This document shows, in pieces, positions 58,047 through 64,000 of a stretch of 64,000 nucleotides of DNA. Position 1 is the first letter of the stretch, and each line of letters starts with the position of its first letter. Below the pieces are notes generated by a model. That model ran no database searches, had not been told where the DNA came from, and saw only the letters and a list, made by a program, of their open reading frames with translations. This stretch comes from Basidiobolus meristosporus CBS 931.73 (taxonomy: Eukaryota > Fungi > Basidiobolomycota). Location: NCBI GenBank assembly GCA_002104905.1, contig MCFE01000314.1, positions 33,367-97,366 on the forward strand, read 5' to 3'. Made by a program: the position numbers and the translations under genes.

Positions 58047-61000
58047 TTCTCCCCTACTAAAGTTGAGAGGGTTCTCCTGAATCTCTTTTCTTGTGATACC
58101 AATATCTTGATGGTTCAGTATTATCAGCAAGTCTTGCAGGCTTGAGTCTATCCCTATGAACTAAGTCTTCCCAGATATTGCCTTGTTTGTCCACCAGTTG
58201 GTAAGTTGCAAATGGACATTCCCTGATGATCTTGAATGGTCCTGTCCATTGTGGCTCAAACTTCTTCCGAGTGTTGTTTCTTAGCAATACAAAGTTCCCA
58301 ACTGTCAATTCTTCTGGTGCTATAGTCTTATCAAATCTCTGCTTCATCTTTTCTGCACTTTGAGATACTTTGGTCTGTGCCTCTTGACATCTTTGTTCCA
58401 GTTGCTGGTGTCTACTTGGCTGACTGAGTTCATCTTCTAAGGTGTCTATAAGCTTTGGTTGTGTGAGATCTCCTGGAATTCTTGGTTCACATCCATAAAC
58501 TAAGTAAAATGGTGATTGCTGGGTGGTGTTGTGTACCCTGACTCTGCATGCAAAGAGTGCTTGGTCTATATACTCATCCCATCTACTGACAACTCCATTT
58601 GCATACTTGGTCAGCATTTTTCCAAATAATCCATTAAACCGCTCAGTGACTCCATTAGTTCTGGGGTGATATGCCAAGGTTTTCAATCGTCTGATCTGCT
58701 GCATTTCCAGGTAAGCCTCTAATGTCTTTGCCATAAATTTTGCACCTCTATAGGATAAGATCTCCACAGGGCATCCAAACTTCCTCAGGATCTCATGGTT
58801 AATGAAACTTGCAACTTCTTGTTCACTGGCTATTGGTACAGCTTTAGCAACTGGCCATTTAGTGGCATGGTCAATAGCTACTAGGATCCAACAGTGCATT
58901 TCCTGGTAGTTGGCAGTCTTCCAATAAAGTCAATTCCCCATCTCTTAAATGGTCTTACAGGCTCCAAAGGGAAGAGTTCGGCAATTCTTTGTGGCTGGCC
59001 TTGATTGATTTGGCAGTTTGGGCATGTTTTCACTAGCTTCTCAATATCTTGTTTCATTCTGGGCCACCATGCTCTGGCTTTCACAAGGCTATAGGTTCCT
59101 TCAATCCCAAGATGTCAATATCCATTGTGTAGCTTATGTATTAAATCCAGGTGAGCAACATAAGGACAATAGGCAATAGGGCTTCCATCAACAATTTGGT
59201 AGAGTGTTTCATCCTGACTACAAATTTGCTGGCTTCATCACAAATTATCTTCTTAATATCTTCATCCACCTCATTAGGAATGGCTTGGTCCTCCAAGTAC
59301 TTTGGTAATAGGCTAGGCCAATCCAATTCATGAACCAAGTTGAGTTGTGTAACTTGATCTAATCTTGATAGGGCATCAGCAACCATGTTGTTTTTTCCTG
59401 GGCAGTAGACAATCTCCAGGTCAAATTGCTGAATGTATTCACTCCATCTTGTCATTCTTCTAGAGAGTACCTTCTGAGTAAATATATACTTGAGGGAGGC
59501 ATGATCAGTCTTCACAGTGCATTTGACTCCTTCAATATAGCATCTCCATGTCTTCAAACAGTGTATTATAGCAAGCATCTCCTTCTCATGGACTGGATAG
59601 TTTTGTTCTGCTGAGTTCAGTTTCTTGGACTCAAAGGCAACAGGGTAGTCCTTTCCCTTGTGTTCTTGGCTCAGCACTCCACCAATTGCATAATCTGAAG
59701 CATCTGTGCACAGAGTGAACTCTTTTCTGAAGTCTGGTATTCTTAGGCTTGGCAGCTTAGCAAGTTCATTCTTGAGCATCTGGAAGGCAGTCTCACAAGC
59801 TATGTCCCACTTGTAGGTATTGTCTTTCTTGAGGAGATCAGTTAAAGGGGCTGCAATACTTGCAAAAGACTTGACAAATCTCCAATAATAGGAAACCATT
59901 CCAAGGAATGATCTGAGTTCTGATATGCTATGGGGCTGCTTCAAATTCTTGATTACTTCCACCTTCTTTGGGTCTAAGGTTACTCCTGTGCTAGTCACTA
60001 TGTGTCCCAGGTATTCAACATGCTCCTTGAAGAATTCACACTTGGCTAGCTTGCCATATAGCTTGTTCTCTCTTAGTTTCTTCAAGACCTTTTCAATGTT
60101 CACTACGTGATCCTCTTCTGTCTTGCTGTATATCAATATGTCATCCAGGTAGATTATCACAAACTTGTCTAAGTACTCCTGAAAGACAGTCTGCATCAGC
60201 GTCATGAATGTTGCAGGGGCATTGGTGAGGCCAAAACTCATAACTAAGTACTCGTAATGTCCATATCTGGTCCTGAATGCTGTCTTGGGGATGTCTTCTG
60301 GCTTCACCCTAATCTGGTTGTATCCTGACATGAGGTCAATCTTGCTGAAAATAGTGGCTCCATTAAGTTGGTCTAAAAGCTCATCAATCCAAGGTATGGG
60401 GTACTTATTCTTGACGGTAACTGAGTTCAGGGCTCTGTAGTCAATGCACATCCTAAGTGCTCCATCCTTCTTTTTCACAAAAAGCACTGGTGCTCCCCAG
60501 GGTGACTTGCTGGGCCTGATGTATCCTTGCTCCAATAGCTGATCAATTTGTCTCTTCATTTCCTCCAATTCTAATGGACTCATTCTGTAAGGTGTCTTGC
60601 TCACTGGAGGGCTATCTGCTGTGTCAATGGCATGATCCACGTCTCTGACTGGTGGTAGGCTTACAAGCTCATCTGGGAACACGTCTGAATATTTCTTCAA
60701 GAGAGTCTGGACCTGCTGGGGTGCTGGGGTAGGGGAATCCTCCTGTAATACTGCCATGAGGAACATCTTGGTACCTTTTCTAAGTGCTCAACAGAACAGG
60801 GTCTTGCTAAGTTCACTTGTCTCACACACACTGATATTGACCAAGTTGAAATCCAGCATGGCAGGTAATAGCTCATAGGTCTTGTTGTCTTTTTGGATCT
60901 GAGTAGCATGGGTTCTCCAGTTGATTGCTGGATTACGACAAAATAGCCAGGTTTTTCCAAGTACAAGGTCAAACTTGCAGTTCCCAAATATATAAGCCTG

Positions 61001-62245
61001 TAGGTCTTCTTCATAGTCATTGATCTTCATTCTTATTAGCTGGGTAATACGGTTGATTATGTGGGAGTTCCCATCAGCTGTGGAGACTGAAGTTGATTTG
61101 GTAGGTTCCAAGTTGATTCCAGCTTTCAAAGCAAATTGCTCTGACATGTACTCATGCAATGCTCCTGAGTCAATCATGATCTTGGCAGGTACTCCATTGA
61201 TTACTCCATTCAAGTACAATAACTTCCCTGAGTTTGAAGTCATTTGGGACAAGTACTCTTCTGTCATATGGAAGGTGAGGTCCAAGTCTTCTTCAAGCTC
61301 ATCTTCCACATTACTGTGTTCATGAGACTCAATATGGTTGAAGGTTCTTGTTGGCTGGTGTCCATTTCTTCTCTAGGGCAGTACTTTGCAATATGTCCCT
61401 GCTGGTGGCAATTGAAGTAAAGTCCTCTCTTCTTGCATTCTTCTGAGGAGGGATTCTTCTGCATAGCGTCTATTTTCATTGGTACTGCTTCTGATTGTCT
61501 TCTTTCATAATGATTATAGCCTTTCTGATTAGTCACTGTAGGCTTCCCAACTCCAAACATAGCTGAGTCATAGTCAATGGCAATCTTGATGGCTTCTTCA
61601 ATAGTCTGAGGTCTTCAGTAATTGACTTCCTAGCGAGTTCTTTCTTTCAACCCATCAATAAAGTATTCAACTTGATCCAAGGGGTCCATTCTTTCAATTT
61701 GTCCAAGTAGATATCTGTACTCATAGATGTATTCTTGCACCATTCCTTTCTGTCTGAGTGTCTTTAACTTCCTTCTTAGTAGTGTCTGCTGGTGTGGAGG
61801 TTCAAAAGCATCCTGAATTTCTGACACAAACTCATCCCAGGTAGAGATTGTAGAGCATCCCATCATAGTAGCTGACCTGATCTTGTTGTGGTACCACTGT
61901 AAAGCTGCATCTGCCAGGTAAGAAGCTGCATAATGCAACATGCTCTCTGGCGCAATTCCTTTAGCTTTAAAAGCTTCTTCAATCTGAAAGAGCCAAGTTC
62001 CCAGGTTTTCATTGACTCTGCCATGGTACCGGTTGACCTTCACACTAAAGTTGCTCTTGACAGGGCTTTGCTGGCTCTGAGCCATGGTAGTCATTCCTTG
62101 TTGCTGTTGGCTGAGGATCTGGAGTAGCTGTTGCTGTTGGGCCAGGATTTGCTGCATGGCATTCTTCCATTCTTGAATGTCCAACATCTTGAGGGTGGTT
62201 TCTTTGTTCTTCAGGAGGGAGGTTTCTGGTTATTGCTGCTACCAA

Positions 62246-62613
62246 TGTTACAAGTCTTGGTATAAGAGTTGTAGAGGAATAGGGAGTTTAGCAAGTATTG
62301 TATTCACTAAAACTTGAACTGATTTTTATTGAGGTTCCAGCAGCTCCTTATATACATTTTGCCAGATCAATTGCTGACTAATTGTATTTCCTAATGTAGG
62401 TTGTGGCTAATGACTCATTTGATTGCATCATCATCACCCAATAAGACCCTACTTAATATATCTATTTCTGTCTGATAAGGATCTGCTGATTCATTTGCTG
62501 ACTAATGCTACTGATTTCATAGATAATACTGATATAATGATAACCTAAACATATACTAATTGATTTGACTAAAAACTGATCTAACTTAAGCATTCAAGCG
62601 GCAGATCATAACA
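62246..62613 (-). repeat. Gypsy 5' LTR
   Basis: 368-bp direct repeat of 57679-58046, followed on the minus strand by the PBS. Confidence 0.93.
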
Positions 62614-64000
62614 TTAAATCCAGGCAACAAACATAAGGGCAATAGGCAATAGGGCTTCCATCAACAATTTGGTAGAGTGTTTCATCCTGACTACAAATTT
62701 GCTGGCTTCATCACAAATTATCTTCTTAATATCTTCATCCACCTCATTAGGAATGGCTTGGTCCTCCAAGTACTTTGGTAATAGGCTAGGCCAATCCAAT
62801 TCATGAACCAAGTTGAGTTGTGCAACTTGATCTAATCTTGATAAGGCATCAGCAACCATGTTGTTTTTTCCTGGGCAGTAGACAATCTCCAGGTCAAATT
62901 GCTGAATGTATTCACTCCATCTTGTCATTCTTCTAGAGAGTACCTTCTGAGTAAATATATACTTGAGGGAGGCATGATCAGTCTTCACAGTGCATTTGAC
63001 TCCTTCAATATAGCATCTCCATGTCTTCAAACAGTGTATTATAGCAAGCATCTCCTTCTCATGGACTGGATAGTTTTGTTCTGCTGAGTTCAGTTTCTTG
63101 GACTCAAAGGCAACAGGGTAGTCCTTTCCCTTGTGTTCTTGGCTCAGCACTCCACCAATTGCATAATCTGAAGCATCTGTGCACAGAGTGAACTCTTTTC
63201 TGAAGTCTGGTATTCTTAGGCTTGGCAGCTTAGCAAGTTCATTCTTGAGCATCTGGAAGGCAGTCTCACAAGCTATGTCCCACTTGTAGGTATTGTCTTT
63301 CTTGAGGAGATCAGTTAAAGGGGCTGCAATACTTGCAAAAGACTTGACAAATCTCCAATAATAGGAAACCATTCCAAGGAATGATCTGAGTTCTGATATG
63401 CTATGGGGCTGCTTCAAAATCTTGATAACTTCAACCTTCTTAGGGTCGAAGGTCACTCCTGTGCCAGTCACTATGTGTCCCAGGTATTCAACATGCTCCT
63501 TGAAGAATTCACACTTGGCTAGCTTGCCATATTGCTTGTTCTCTCTTAGTTTCTCCAAGACCTTTTCAATGTACACTACATGATCCTCATCTGTCTTGCC
63601 GTATATCAATATGTCATCCAGGTAGATTGTCACAAACATGTCTAAGTACTCCTGAAAGACAGTCTGCATCCGCATCATGAATGTTGCAGGGGCATTAGCA
63701 AGGCCAAAACTCATGACTAAGTACTTGTAATGTCCATATCTGGTCCTAAATGTTGTCTTAGGAATATCTTCTGGTTTCACCCTAATTTGGTTGCATCCTG
63801 ACATGAGGTAAATCTTGCTGAAAATAGTAGCTCCATTAAGTTGGTCCAAAAGCTCATCAATCCAAGGTATGGGGTACTTATTCTTGACGGTAACTGAGTT
63901 CAGGGCTCTGTAGTCAATGCACATCCTAAGTGTTCCATCCTTCTTTTTGACAAAAAGCACTGGTGCTCCTCAGGGTGACTTGCTGGGCCTGATATATCCT
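62614..64000 (-). mobile_element. Third gypsy copy: RT-RNase H, truncated by the adjacent LTR and by the window edge
   Basis: 448-aa ORF collinear with 59141-60490 at a constant offset of 3473. Confidence 0.95.

Larger units (their letters stand above)
57679..62613 (-). mobile_element. Full-length Ty3/gypsy LTR retrotransposon (4.9 kb), inactivated; no chromodomain
   Basis: Two 368-bp TG...CA LTRs; PBS TGGTAGCAGC (62244-62235, consistent with a tRNAiMet 3' end); PPT AGGGGAGAA (58055-58047). Order is gag-PR-RT ([10 protein letters not shown])-RNaseH ([14 protein letters not shown])-integrase (WGIDFIG, AIDHATKW, TNGVTERFN, GPF). Stops and frameshifts present. Confidence 0.96.

Noticed and set aside
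58057-58200. Chromodomain at the integrase C-terminus
   Set aside because: The ORF ends ~25 aa after the GPF/LVHRDRLKP region, directly at the PPT.
59200-59230. Programmed -1 frameshift between RNase H and integrase
   Set aside because: No X-XXY-YYZ heptamer in the correct phase, and this position is not a known recoding site in gypsy pol. It is treated as a shared lesion.
1-64000. tRNA, rRNA, CRISPR arrays or prokaryotic operons
   Set aside because: None were seen. Spliceosomal introns and LTR elements show the DNA is eukaryotic.

Overview
Eukaryotic (fungal) genomic DNA with two sharply different halves. Short GT-AG introns, a CHS7 gene and a mitochondrial-type TypA suggest an early-diverging fungus; this is inference and no species is assigned. 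Bases ~500-27,000 are a compact, CpG-normal gene block: CHS7, a Cys-rich single-pass SH3 protein, an Oxidored-like (OXLD1-type) protein, NOP56, an intronless orphan, a degenerate SGNH/GDSL hydrolase, a presequence-bearing TypA/BipA GTPase, a Prp2/DHX16 helicase, Cullin-4, an NAD kinase with a spliced-in N-terminal PB1 domain, a GT49 glycosyltransferase, a fungal membrane protein and a catalytically degenerate uridine-kinase-like protein. From ~27,300 to the end there are no recognisable host genes. This half is an AT-rich, CpG-depleted nest of decayed transposons: Ty1/copia elements and LTRs, three CACTA(EnSpm)-like elements with CTCTA/CCCTA termini and a divergent second ORF, an ISL2EU/Harbinger-type transposase, an unclassified TIR family with a MITE, and self-nested Ty3/gypsy copies. 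The most novel-looking host feature is the PB1-NAD kinase fusion. The most striking structural features are the CpG-decay boundary and the transposon architectures. Exon joins were read by eye. Boundaries of degenerate elements are approximate.
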